Virus record (IMG/VR): IMGVR_UViG_3300012931_000759
Location: 248,001 to 312,000 of that record
Direction: 5' to 3' (one strand)
Length of the DNA stretch: 64,000 bases
Shown: in pieces, positions 20,401-28,404 of the stretch
How positions within the stretch are numbered: position 1 is the stretch's first letter
Layout: every line of letters starts with the position of its first letter
Notes under the pieces: model-generated
What the model saw: the letters and a program-made list of their open reading frames with translations, nothing else
Databases searched by the model: none
Told to the model about the DNA's origin: nothing
Program-made: the position numbers and the translations under genes

Positions 20401-23400
20401 AGTCCTTTTTGAAGGGGCCTACGATCCCCGCCATCCAAGCGTTGGTGAAAGCATTCACGGCCATCAACCCAACTATTGAGGAGTCCGTGTTTTTCGAATG
20501 GCTTGTCGGCCGCGACTACCTCAACCTACTGCCCATGACTCTCACTACGGCGCCGGACTCCTCCGAGGATGCGATGTTTGCCCCTGGCAAGTTCGGGTAT
20601 GGACTGTTACTCGACAGCGCGGGCCAGACGGCCAAGTTACCAGCCACCTCCAACATGCGTTTCGCCGACGGTACGTGGGAATGCCAGCTGACGCCCCTTT
20701 GGATGGGGGTTGACAATGACGCCGCGCTTACTTTGGATCTTCTGTTCGACGGCTATAGGATGCCGTCCAAGGTGTTCATTGGCGCGGGCGGATACAGCCC
20801 GGACGCCATCCCGTTCACCATCGACCGCTCGGACAGCAGGGTGCTGGGTCGGCCGCTAGCGCTACACAGCGAGAACGGATATTTTATCTGGTACGACAGC
20901 ACGGCTAAGAAATGGCGGCTGCGGACTAGGGGGCCGATCGACGAGCAACGGCTTTTTGAGGGTCAAATCACGTCCTCGGGTCAGTTTGGAGAGGTAACGG
21001 TAGCTTCCTCGGCGGACGGATACCTACCAGCCGACGGCTACGGTCTGGACGAGACCAACGACTATGTGAGATCCACCGACGACCTGCTGGAATTCTCGTT
21101 CTCGGTGGACGGGTACGATCTACTGAACCTCCCCCTGGACGCCTATGGCGACGGCTATTACGCGGCTTTTGACGGTGTGGATTTCCAATCGGACAATGTG
21201 CGCTACCTGTTCGACACCGGCGTCGAGTCGGCCAGGAACAGGATGTCGCTCTACAAGGATGGCCGTGGTTTTCTCAGATACCGTGTCTACGACTCGAATG
21301 GCCGCATGAAGATGCTTAGCGCGAACATCCGCGACTGGGAAGCCGGAGCAACACATCCTGTGGCGGTCGCCTGGAAACTCGGTACCGTGGAGCAGCGGGA
21401 CGAGATGCACCTGTTCGTGGATGGCCGCGAGGTGCCGAACACCTACAGATTCACCGGATACTTGCCGGTTCCCGCGACAGGCGGCGTGAAGTACATGGAC
21501 TCGGTTGGCGAGACTCTTGTATCCGGCGTCCCGGTCCCCACCGTGGGCGGCAGCGACATGATCACGGTTATCGGCTCGGATACCGTTTACTCCGCCAGCG
21601 CGACCTTCGGATCGGACGGAGTCGGGATCGGGGATCCCTTCGTTATCCTGGACTCCACGACGGATGGCGCCAACACCCGAATGTCCCCCTACGTTTTCGT
21701 CGCGGAGATTGTCGACGAAAACAGGCTGCGTCTGGAGATAGGTCCGGCCGGATCTGGTATCCCGTACCTCATGATATCCAGCTTGACCGGTGTCAGGTAT
21801 TCCATCAACCGGTTAACGCTCGCCACGGTGGCCGATCCCCTCATAGAGAAAGTCCGCGTCTATACAGTTTCACCAACCGGCGAGGCGATGGAACTCAGAT
21901 CCCCGAACGCGCTCAATCCCGACTACTCGTTCGATCGCGACGGATACCAGGACTATATCCTGCTTGACAATGGCCTTCCCATCGGTTGGGATATCGTGCT
22001 GTACTCCTACGGATTAACCCAGCAGAGAAGCAGGCAGTTCGCATATGTGTGGCCGTACAGGAGGACAAACCTCCTCAAGACTATCATGCCGCAGCCGACG
22101 GCCGTGTCTAAGATTAGGATTACGAACATCATCAGCAGGCGTGCAAACATCGAGGCGGGGGCCTTCGCGCTCGTGGCCACCATCGTCGGCGGCCACCCGG
22201 TCCAGATGCTTGCCTCCAACCTGCCGTTCTGCCAGCCCAGCGAGTCCATACACGGGCGTCGATTGGCTGCCACGATCATGGGCGACAACTTCGACTTCGG
22301 TGGCTTCAACCAGGTGACCATCACCGGCGACACTTTCGATGGGTACGGGGGCGAGACCCTCGCTTTTACGAATGTCGGCACGCTCGAGACAACCAGGTAT
22401 TTCCTATCAATCACGAGCGTCTCGGCCGCCTTTACACCGCTCGACCTGTCCAGGTCGGCTGGGACGATAGAGATCCGCGAGGCCCTGCCGCTCACGCAGC
22501 AAGAGAACGGCGGTGACTACGCCCAGGTGCGGCTGTCGACCCTGGATCAGTACGGTTTGGACGGCACCCTGTCGGTGGGCGCAAACACCTTCAGTGACGG
22601 ATATGCCAGATTCGGGGTCGAGGATATCAACCGGTTGATCTACATCGAGGGCGCTCCTCCGTCGTGGCCTTCGCACGTGTTCACGATCACCGACGTACAA
22701 CTCGACCCGTCCGGAACAGTCAAGGACTCCGACACGGTGGTCGTATCTGGGCAGATGCCACCGGTCGGCACATATACAGGTCTGCGCTGGTCGGAACGGA
22801 ATCTGTCCTTCGCCGACTCCGGATTCGCCAACGGCCTGATCACGCTGGAGATCGTCGGCAGCGGAGGCTTACCTTTCCTGCTGAGTAACTGCTGGTACCT
22901 GGTGGATTTCCCGAGCTATGCAATCATTCCGCTGGAAACTGTTCCGGAGACATTGTATGTGGGCTCCGACATGTTTGGGGCAAACCAGGCAGGAGCTGTT
23001 ATCGACGAAATGCACAGTCTGGCCGAAATGCTGACCGACACCGGTGCCGGTGAGGTGTTGCCAAGCTCCGGTAGGAGTGTCACCTCCGAGGCGGAAAGTG
23101 TGCGCGAACTGACGCCGATCACACAGTCGTTGGCATTGTTCCACTTCAACGGATGCCTGAAAAACCGGGCGAGCTTCTACTCCAGCTTCTCGCGTTCGTT
23201 CTTCCAGAGTTCCAACAGTGTCAACAGCCTGTTCGGGCAGTCGGGTGTCTTCAATGGCCAAGGCGCGCTCTCGATGGACAATGCCGGAATATTCTTCAAT
23301 AATGCCGGAACCATAGAGTTCTGGGTGAGCCCGATACTCGACACGTACAACGACCCGACCCGCAGGTACTATATCGACTTGAGCGCAGAGCAAACAGTAG

Positions 23401-24347
23401 TCGGAGACCCCATCTCGGCCCTCGTGGTTAGGATGCCGGTCAGGGCGCGATCGGTCGTTTCGGTAACGCTGCCGGATAGCGACACGAACTTCTTCACAGG
23501 AGGTTCACTGGGCGCGGATGGTGTGACTGTCAGGCTAGGGCAGAGGATTCCGGTACAGAGCCAGCCCACGGTCACATATATCCCGATCACCAGCCAAGGG
23601 GATCGCTTCAGCGTCTTTAAGGATGACAACGGGATGCTGGTCCTGTCCGTTACGGCCTCCGGAGTCGACTACCAGATCTCTGCGCCTGTCTACTGGAAAA
23701 AGAACACCTGGCATCGCGTGTGGATCGGATGGAGCCTGAACAACCCAGACAACCAGGACCGCCTGGTGCTTATGGTGGATGGGGCCGAGCGTGGCGTCAT
23801 CAGGTACGGAACCGGCCTCAGATACGGCCTAGCCGGACGGTACGGTATGCCGACCGTCTGGGGACAAGCTCGCGCGGGAACGATTGCCTCGAGGAACATC
23901 CTGGCGGACATCAACATGACGGACTTCTTCAGCACCGTACAGATCGGTAACGACTTCTCCGGCCAGTCGCCCGCCATGGCTAGGATGGACAACCTGCGGT
24001 TCTCTAGCCAGATGAGGTCGATCCTCTACCTAGGCGGACGCGGGCCCGGCCAACTGATAGGGAACGACCTCCTGTACACAAGCAACGTGAACACGGCCCA
24101 GCCCGTGATCGAGGACGCATTGACTACGTTGCTTCTGGATTTCGACACGGATAGCAGCCTGGTCGAGTACCTTATTGCGGTACACGACAGCGCTGCAGGC
24201 ATTTTCGATTTCTTCGTTACCGTCATCGACTCATTCAAACTGATCCCGAACCAGGACGTCAGGGACCTGATTAAGAAGCTGATCAACAGGTTGAAGCCGG
24301 CGCACACCAGAGCGTTTGTGGACTTCGGGGACACGGAAGATTGTTAA
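17439..24347 (+). CDS. Giant baseplate wedge protein (gp7/P2 gpI-like) with N-terminal Ig-like and two LamG-like domains
   Basis: 2302 aa. C-terminal LINRLKPAHT motif of wedge proteins; LKGPTIPAIQALV wedge core; LamG-like strands GTIEFWVSP, WHRVWIGW, LMVDG, MDNLRFS. Contains 8 DGY. Confidence 0.75.
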   Translation: MTNLRAKQLMVRSSTTIEVTFTASLDPNIAPSNITIDGVGGTPSDLAVKSVSVSGAKLTVTVKPMISGALYEMVLASTSTQFFVGAHGERLVEDGATNHLFFTGIEEESDVFQALRDSLPPIYDPKGGSLLRDLIMPIAREIEAAQHAANEIGAANYISVEVTDEGITRGSGPYDRFANEGVFKILRVGATATSVGTSKTITYTSFPSDPISLQQDVVAEETVSNASGSLNSFDGLLISLSNGPVINVSSIVLVRGTSQYVYDITLFRYGLEESKYDSANAYSAFDIKNNQVRLSTAAVGPSFPLPQGNDIIKIGYTYKRLGRIPSVSSVSITTTVNVVRESVPAVATSFFLGHAPIVNRTGDTVTTGGIQWINPAANFDPTLKHPAFVTEIPFSESSLPSKAGEFAVNYSTGQVIVFGVDGSGTDGTTVVPPVATYWFKRTFQDGLDYNLFSDLWEIAAVPGRDLEGSPATISFTYEETFAEGTDFLFASHVEQIDERVNNRLIGDFGLTTEYGPVNEVFRIFNETTGELYRVSRISGNQVFFQATTPPRLVQMAREAASFNEHIQAQIVVSEEVAIPSKSFVAFRVELQDANIATATADYIGASFNSSLLFSDTSTFAREMYFDPEDTEGNNLQRLQQVGDYMVNYANGVAHVAVLSGSSTDIGDASYRFGEILTANKHITEVSNLYRSASAKAENVKIFTIGAIVDETVEIVDLEQVGESSVDGNAIQVSSGTVEVSQDAMRVRHIFQVTDLRTASAPVDFVAGAVISSSQPTTITLDPDGVPVTDSGANGVGLEVQTDGFRKYIEVSRLSNIVSGPTQLATLVDKVADPDFLAREYWVIDMATGQNYFALGNDSYIDASANRIYLPSNVPDSAIGTLVEAQYRAALLDGAAVLVDYTPGDIFIDYTYVADEILVSYEYGDNVLDWSVSDNLSAGQTYYVSYRYGALRDALRDNFGVLTGIEELATAPLSLERELYRAGLAGSLQSFLKGPTIPAIQALVKAFTAINPTIEESVFFEWLVGRDYLNLLPMTLTTAPDSSEDAMFAPGKFGYGLLLDSAGQTAKLPATSNMRFADGTWECQLTPLWMGVDNDAALTLDLLFDGYRMPSKVFIGAGGYSPDAIPFTIDRSDSRVLGRPLALHSENGYFIWYDSTAKKWRLRTRGPIDEQRLFEGQITSSGQFGEVTVASSADGYLPADGYGLDETNDYVRSTDDLLEFSFSVDGYDLLNLPLDAYGDGYYAAFDGVDFQSDNVRYLFDTGVESARNRMSLYKDGRGFLRYRVYDSNGRMKMLSANIRDWEAGATHPVAVAWKLGTVEQRDEMHLFVDGREVPNTYRFTGYLPVPATGGVKYMDSVGETLVSGVPVPTVGGSDMITVIGSDTVYSASATFGSDGVGIGDPFVILDSTTDGANTRMSPYVFVAEIVDENRLRLEIGPAGSGIPYLMISSLTGVRYSINRLTLATVADPLIEKVRVYTVSPTGEAMELRSPNALNPDYSFDRDGYQDYILLDNGLPIGWDIVLYSYGLTQQRSRQFAYVWPYRRTNLLKTIMPQPTAVSKIRITNIISRRANIEAGAFALVATIVGGHPVQMLASNLPFCQPSESIHGRRLAATIMGDNFDFGGFNQVTITGDTFDGYGGETLAFTNVGTLETTRYFLSITSVSAAFTPLDLSRSAGTIEIREALPLTQQENGGDYAQVRLSTLDQYGLDGTLSVGANTFSDGYARFGVEDINRLIYIEGAPPSWPSHVFTITDVQLDPSGTVKDSDTVVVSGQMPPVGTYTGLRWSERNLSFADSGFANGLITLEIVGSGGLPFLLSNCWYLVDFPSYAIIPLETVPETLYVGSDMFGANQAGAVIDEMHSLAEMLTDTGAGEVLPSSGRSVTSEAESVRELTPITQSLALFHFNGCLKNRASFYSSFSRSFFQSSNSVNSLFGQSGVFNGQGALSMDNAGIFFNNAGTIEFWVSPILDTYNDPTRRYYIDLSAEQTVVGDPISALVVRMPVRARSVVSVTLPDSDTNFFTGGSLGADGVTVRLGQRIPVQSQPTVTYIPITSQGDRFSVFKDDNGMLVLSVTASGVDYQISAPVYWKKNTWHRVWIGWSLNNPDNQDRLVLMVDGAERGVIRYGTGLRYGLAGRYGMPTVWGQARAGTIASRNILADINMTDFFSTVQIGNDFSGQSPAMARMDNLRFSSQMRSILYLGGRGPGQLIGNDLLYTSNVNTAQPVIEDALTTLLLDFDTDSSLVEYLIAVHDSAAGIFDFFVTVIDSFKLIPNQDVRDLIKKLINRLKPAHTRAFVDFGDTEDC

Positions 24348-24673
24348 TGGAACTTATAGAACTATTGGCGTGTATGTTTTACATGGGCTCGAAACCAATG
24401 ATGTGGCGATACGCTCTCCAGAGAAACAGACACGACTGTCATACACACGAAATATCCCGATGTCTCGCCACTTTAAAAGTGTTTTGTGGGCAACGGCACA
24501 ATTGGTCGACAATGTAGTTTTTCTGTACCAATTGTTTTACGAACCGAGAAGTTGAGTGTTTTTAAAGATCTGAATCATCTTTTTTGATATTTTTTTCGCA
24601 ACCTGTGCGACGCAGAAACCCAAATGGCAAAGATGTTTCTAAAATCTATTTGCCTAGGGGCTTCCTTGACTAA
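24347..24673 (+). pseudogene. Decayed CxxC zinc-repeat (endonuclease-associated) gene
   Basis: ATG overlaps the upstream stop (TAATG). The single frame reads ..ACMFYMGSKPMMWR..FCGQR..*FFCTNCFTNREVECF*..PVRRRNPNGKDVSKIY..*, resembling the repeats of 2177-2914 and 62145-62726. In-frame stops at 24515, 24563 and 24671; AT-rich. Confidence 0.5.
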
Positions 24674-24745
24674 GATGTTAAAATCCATCGGACTGCCTCC
24701 TTTGAAGTGTCTGGCTTACCGGTGGAAAATCGATGGAGGGCTGTC

Positions 24746-27574
24746 ATGAGTACAACACGTCTGCCTGTGGATTTAAAAAGGGTGGCATATTACGACGGGC
24801 AGCAGCTCACGCGCGATGACCTGCGCGACGAGCAGAACCGGCACGTCGGCATCGACGCGGCCACGGTCGCTAACTTCCTCGGAAGCGGGGTAGTGAGCGA
24901 CTCGGCAATTCCGCAGGTCCTTCTGGACACGGCGGAACTGAATCCCCAGCAGCAGGCGTTGCTCGACGCTTACTCGTTCGATGGGCAGAATGTCTACATC
25001 GGAACCGGACTGAAGCAGGTGTCGGATCCCGTGAATGGCGTGCTGCTAGCAGTCACGCTAACTGGCGTGGATCTCGTCGGCTCGATGGCGACCAAGGTAG
25101 CCATTATTGGCGAAACTTTCGGCGGGGGCCTTGTACACGACGAGCTTGTGTTCGAGGAGAATGGCACACAAGTTACGCGGGGGCGGTACAAAGAGGTGTT
25201 TGGCATCCTCCTCAATGACTTCGCAGGCAATCTATTCGGAAGTCTCTCCCCGGCAACCATCTATGTCGGCGGATATCAACTCGTGGGACGCTGTGTCGTC
25301 AGAGAGGCGGAGGCCTTGGAGGTCTCCATGGACACCCTGATAGCTTCGCAAACGGCTCAACCCAACCAGTTCTTCGGGAATTTCAAGCTCGGCAGCCCGT
25401 CATACACGCTGACTTCGTTATTCCAGGAGATCATTGGACCCTCGCATTCGCCCTCCGACCTTGGCATTAGTATTGCCTCGGTCGCCCAGCGGCAGATCGA
25501 CCCGGACGACGTGACAACCAGGATAGGGCAGAAGTTCCTGGCCACAGGGACGAACATCCAAAAGATCTCGATACTCGCGTCAGTGCTAAGGGACGAAAGC
25601 ACCCTGCCGGGAAACGAATACAATTGGTCGGGCCAGATCGTACTCAATCTCCTGGCGCTCCAGACGACAGTCGATTGTCCGGTGAAGCCGGTGCCCGATA
25701 ACCTCGAGGATTTCGATCCGGATCCCACAGTGGTAGCCCAGCTGTCGCTGGATGCGACGGATCTCGTGCGGCAAGGTGTCGTGCTGGATGGTTACGCTAG
25801 AAAAATCGATTTCGTGCTGACAGAGACCTCGATCGCCGATCCGCTGATTTCCCCCATTGAGCAGGGGCGTCACTATGTGTTCACCATCGGGCGCGCAGGC
25901 AATGCCAACGTCGGCACCCTGCTGTTCGAGGAAGCGGTCCACTCCACCCTGAATGGCTACATGGTAATCTACGACGGTACCCAATGGGTCAACATCTATG
26001 AGAGCGACATGTGGTTCGAGGTCTACGGCGATTATGTGAAGATCGCCGACGGCATCGCCTATCAGGAGGGCGTCGGTGTGGAGATCCCACGCTTGGCAGA
26101 GGATGCCAGCGGCGTCGAGTCCCCGAACTACGTGGGCCTGGTTCCATTCGCAACCACTGCCAAGGACGCCAAGAACTTCGTCCTCATGGAGGTGGAGACA
26201 ACCTACAGCGACACGCAGCAGGATCCACGAACGGGCAATCCGGTGTCCTCCAGGCTAGCGCCCTCCGCAGCCGTATCCATGGTTAAAGAGACGGATTTCC
26301 AGACGCAGCTTGCGGCGGACTTGGTGCCGCTCGCGCTGGCGCGTGCCACGGACGAGAACCCGAGGGGAAATCCCGTGTCCATATTGGGCACAACTACATT
26401 GGCTGGTGCTGTGTATGGCAACCACATACATGTTATCGCGCCGAACGCCGATCTGCTGTCGAACAACATCGTTGGCTCCATGTTGCTGCCGGACTCTGCC
26501 GAGAACAAGGAGTACCGCATTGTCTCTGTGTTGCTTAGCATGGACGCCTACGGCGATGTGGACGGTGACGGCGAGATCACATTCGCCGACCTTGCCATCG
26601 TGAACACTTGGCTACCCGACGGCTACGACCTCTCGGACCCCGTAGACCAGCAAAAGCTGATCGACGGCAAAGTCCCCCTGGACCGCGTCCTGCGGGCCGA
26701 CGTAAACGGGGACGGGAAAGTGGATATCACTGACGCGACGCTCATCCAGGCCTTCCTGGACAAGAGCATTTCGACGTTCCCGGCCGGTTCCTCTTTCCAG
26801 CGTATACTTATCAGGGTGGAGAACAAGTTGAATCCGCTGGCGGCCCAGGCCGACATGGCGGCGGACAACCCAGATTTCACCACTGTTCCGTTCGTCTCGA
26901 TTCCGTGGACGGTTGGCTACTTTAGGACATGGCTGCCTGACCGGATTGACCTGTGTGACATGCGTCGGTTGGTGCCGACCACGTTCACCGCTTTGCCAGA
27001 TGGCGATACCTGCTACGGTGGCCGGAACGACTTCTTTATTCCCGGTAACCAGCTATTGGACGGCTATGTTATGGACAAGTTCGGCGACCCGCATCGGCTC
27101 GACTTCGAGGTTGCCCATCTGTCCCTGAGGATCCCTGTGACCGACACGCTGGGTAACCCTACAATCCTCGACGGCTATGTGGGATTCCTACTATTCGACT
27201 CCTTCGTGGCCGAATCCTCGCTCGGCAAAACTTCGGCAGGTTTCCAGGCCATGAAGTACAGTGACCGGAGTTTCGTCCAGATCGGCGATTTCGGGGCCGG
27301 GCGTGTGCGCATCACAGCCTCACTACAGTCGCTAGCGAACGCCTGGCCGTCCCCGTTTGGTGGGAATGTGGACGACCTGGTCGGAATGTACTACGACCCA
27401 ACCACTTCGCTCCTGGTGCTACAAACCAGGAACCTGCTGAACGACGGCTATGGCAACCTACTGCCGTCCCAATGTATGCGGATCCTGGTAACTGTCTACC
27501 TGAAGAAGGCAGGATTCGCGAATACGACGCAAGATGTGACGGATGGCCAGATGCGCACCCTGTTGGGTATTTGA
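24746..27574 (+). CDS. Tail fibre / baseplate-attached protein with a dockerin-like domain
   Basis: Start moved to ATG 24746 (SD GGAGG). N-terminal RVAYYDGQQLTRDDLRDEQ is typical of baseplate-attached fibre proteins of contractile systems. Paired GDVDGDGEITFADL / ADVNGDGKVDITDA repeats. Contains 5 DGY. Confidence 0.7.
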   Translation: MSTTRLPVDLKRVAYYDGQQLTRDDLRDEQNRHVGIDAATVANFLGSGVVSDSAIPQVLLDTAELNPQQQALLDAYSFDGQNVYIGTGLKQVSDPVNGVLLAVTLTGVDLVGSMATKVAIIGETFGGGLVHDELVFEENGTQVTRGRYKEVFGILLNDFAGNLFGSLSPATIYVGGYQLVGRCVVREAEALEVSMDTLIASQTAQPNQFFGNFKLGSPSYTLTSLFQEIIGPSHSPSDLGISIASVAQRQIDPDDVTTRIGQKFLATGTNIQKISILASVLRDESTLPGNEYNWSGQIVLNLLALQTTVDCPVKPVPDNLEDFDPDPTVVAQLSLDATDLVRQGVVLDGYARKIDFVLTETSIADPLISPIEQGRHYVFTIGRAGNANVGTLLFEEAVHSTLNGYMVIYDGTQWVNIYESDMWFEVYGDYVKIADGIAYQEGVGVEIPRLAEDASGVESPNYVGLVPFATTAKDAKNFVLMEVETTYSDTQQDPRTGNPVSSRLAPSAAVSMVKETDFQTQLAADLVPLALARATDENPRGNPVSILGTTTLAGAVYGNHIHVIAPNADLLSNNIVGSMLLPDSAENKEYRIVSVLLSMDAYGDVDGDGEITFADLAIVNTWLPDGYDLSDPVDQQKLIDGKVPLDRVLRADVNGDGKVDITDATLIQAFLDKSISTFPAGSSFQRILIRVENKLNPLAAQADMAADNPDFTTVPFVSIPWTVGYFRTWLPDRIDLCDMRRLVPTTFTALPDGDTCYGGRNDFFIPGNQLLDGYVMDKFGDPHRLDFEVAHLSLRIPVTDTLGNPTILDGYVGFLLFDSFVAESSLGKTSAGFQAMKYSDRSFVQIGDFGAGRVRITASLQSLANAWPSPFGGNVDDLVGMYYDPTTSLLVLQTRNLLNDGYGNLLPSQCMRILVTVYLKKAGFANTTQDVTDGQMRTLLGI

Positions 27575-27590
27575 GATGGAGGAATGAGTC

Positions 27591-28388
27591 ATGGCAACCG
27601 CTAACATCATCATCAACCAGACGGGCAGGCCGCCGGGCCTGCCAGACCAAAGCCGCGACGATCTGGCACTCAGCGTCCCGGTGATCCTGACCAACGAGAA
27701 CAACTCAGGAGTAGTGGCCTGGAACTGGCGGCTGCTATCCAAGCCAGCCGGGTCGGGCACCGGCCTGGACACGCCAACTCTGTCATCCTGCCAATTTACG
27801 CCCGACCTGGCGGGGTCGTACCTGGTTCAGCTGGTCGTGAACGGTCAGACTCGGGCGACGGCGATCGCCGCCGTGAAGACGACATTCCTCGGACTGCGCA
27901 TTCCGGCGAAGGGGGAGACCACCGAGCTGGGCGGCTGGGAGGCCGCCTTCCAAGAGTTGTTCCGACAACTGGAGGACGGCATCCAGTCGGGCGGTGGTAC
28001 CAGTGACCGGACGTTGCTGTTTTCGGACGACACTCAGTTCACTGAGGTGGGCGACACGTTCATCACGAAGAAAACCTTCAGGGTTGTGCGCGACCCGGAC
28101 AAACCACCAACACAGTGGCGGATTCTGGTGTCACTGTGGGGATCGTCGTCGTACGGCCTTGTTGAGTGTCGAGTGAACGCGATCGGAGAAGGTGGTACTG
28201 ACACGGTTACGCTACCTTCCGTCTTCGGAAATGCCGAGATCGTGGTGGCTGCAAACCTCACCATTAGTAATGCCAACGAACCTGTAGGGTCGATCGTGAC
28301 AATCGAGATCCAGTTAAGGCTGGTCTCAGGGGGCGGGGCGGCCAGCCTCCAGTACACCGACGTGTTTGCTCTCTACGCGGCGGCCTGA
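27591..28388 (+). CDS. Virion protein with PKD/K319L-like Ig domain
   Basis: SD GGAGG; WNWRLLSKPAGS..FTPDLAGSYLVQLVVNG is a PKD-like signature. Confidence 0.65.
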   Translation: MATANIIINQTGRPPGLPDQSRDDLALSVPVILTNENNSGVVAWNWRLLSKPAGSGTGLDTPTLSSCQFTPDLAGSYLVQLVVNGQTRATAIAAVKTTFLGLRIPAKGETTELGGWEAAFQELFRQLEDGIQSGGGTSDRTLLFSDDTQFTEVGDTFITKKTFRVVRDPDKPPTQWRILVSLWGSSSYGLVECRVNAIGEGGTDTVTLPSVFGNAEIVVAANLTISNANEPVGSIVTIEIQLRLVSGGGAASLQYTDVFALYAAA

Positions 28389-28404
28389 CGGGCGCAGAAT
28401 CTTC

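Noticed and set aside
1-28388. Bacterial extracellular contractile injection system rather than a phage tail
   Set aside because: Linked tubulin, UvsW-like helicase, DnaB/loader, many homing endonucleases, an intein and single-strand dense packing fit a large phage better. Capsid genes are not in the window, so this is not fully excluded.
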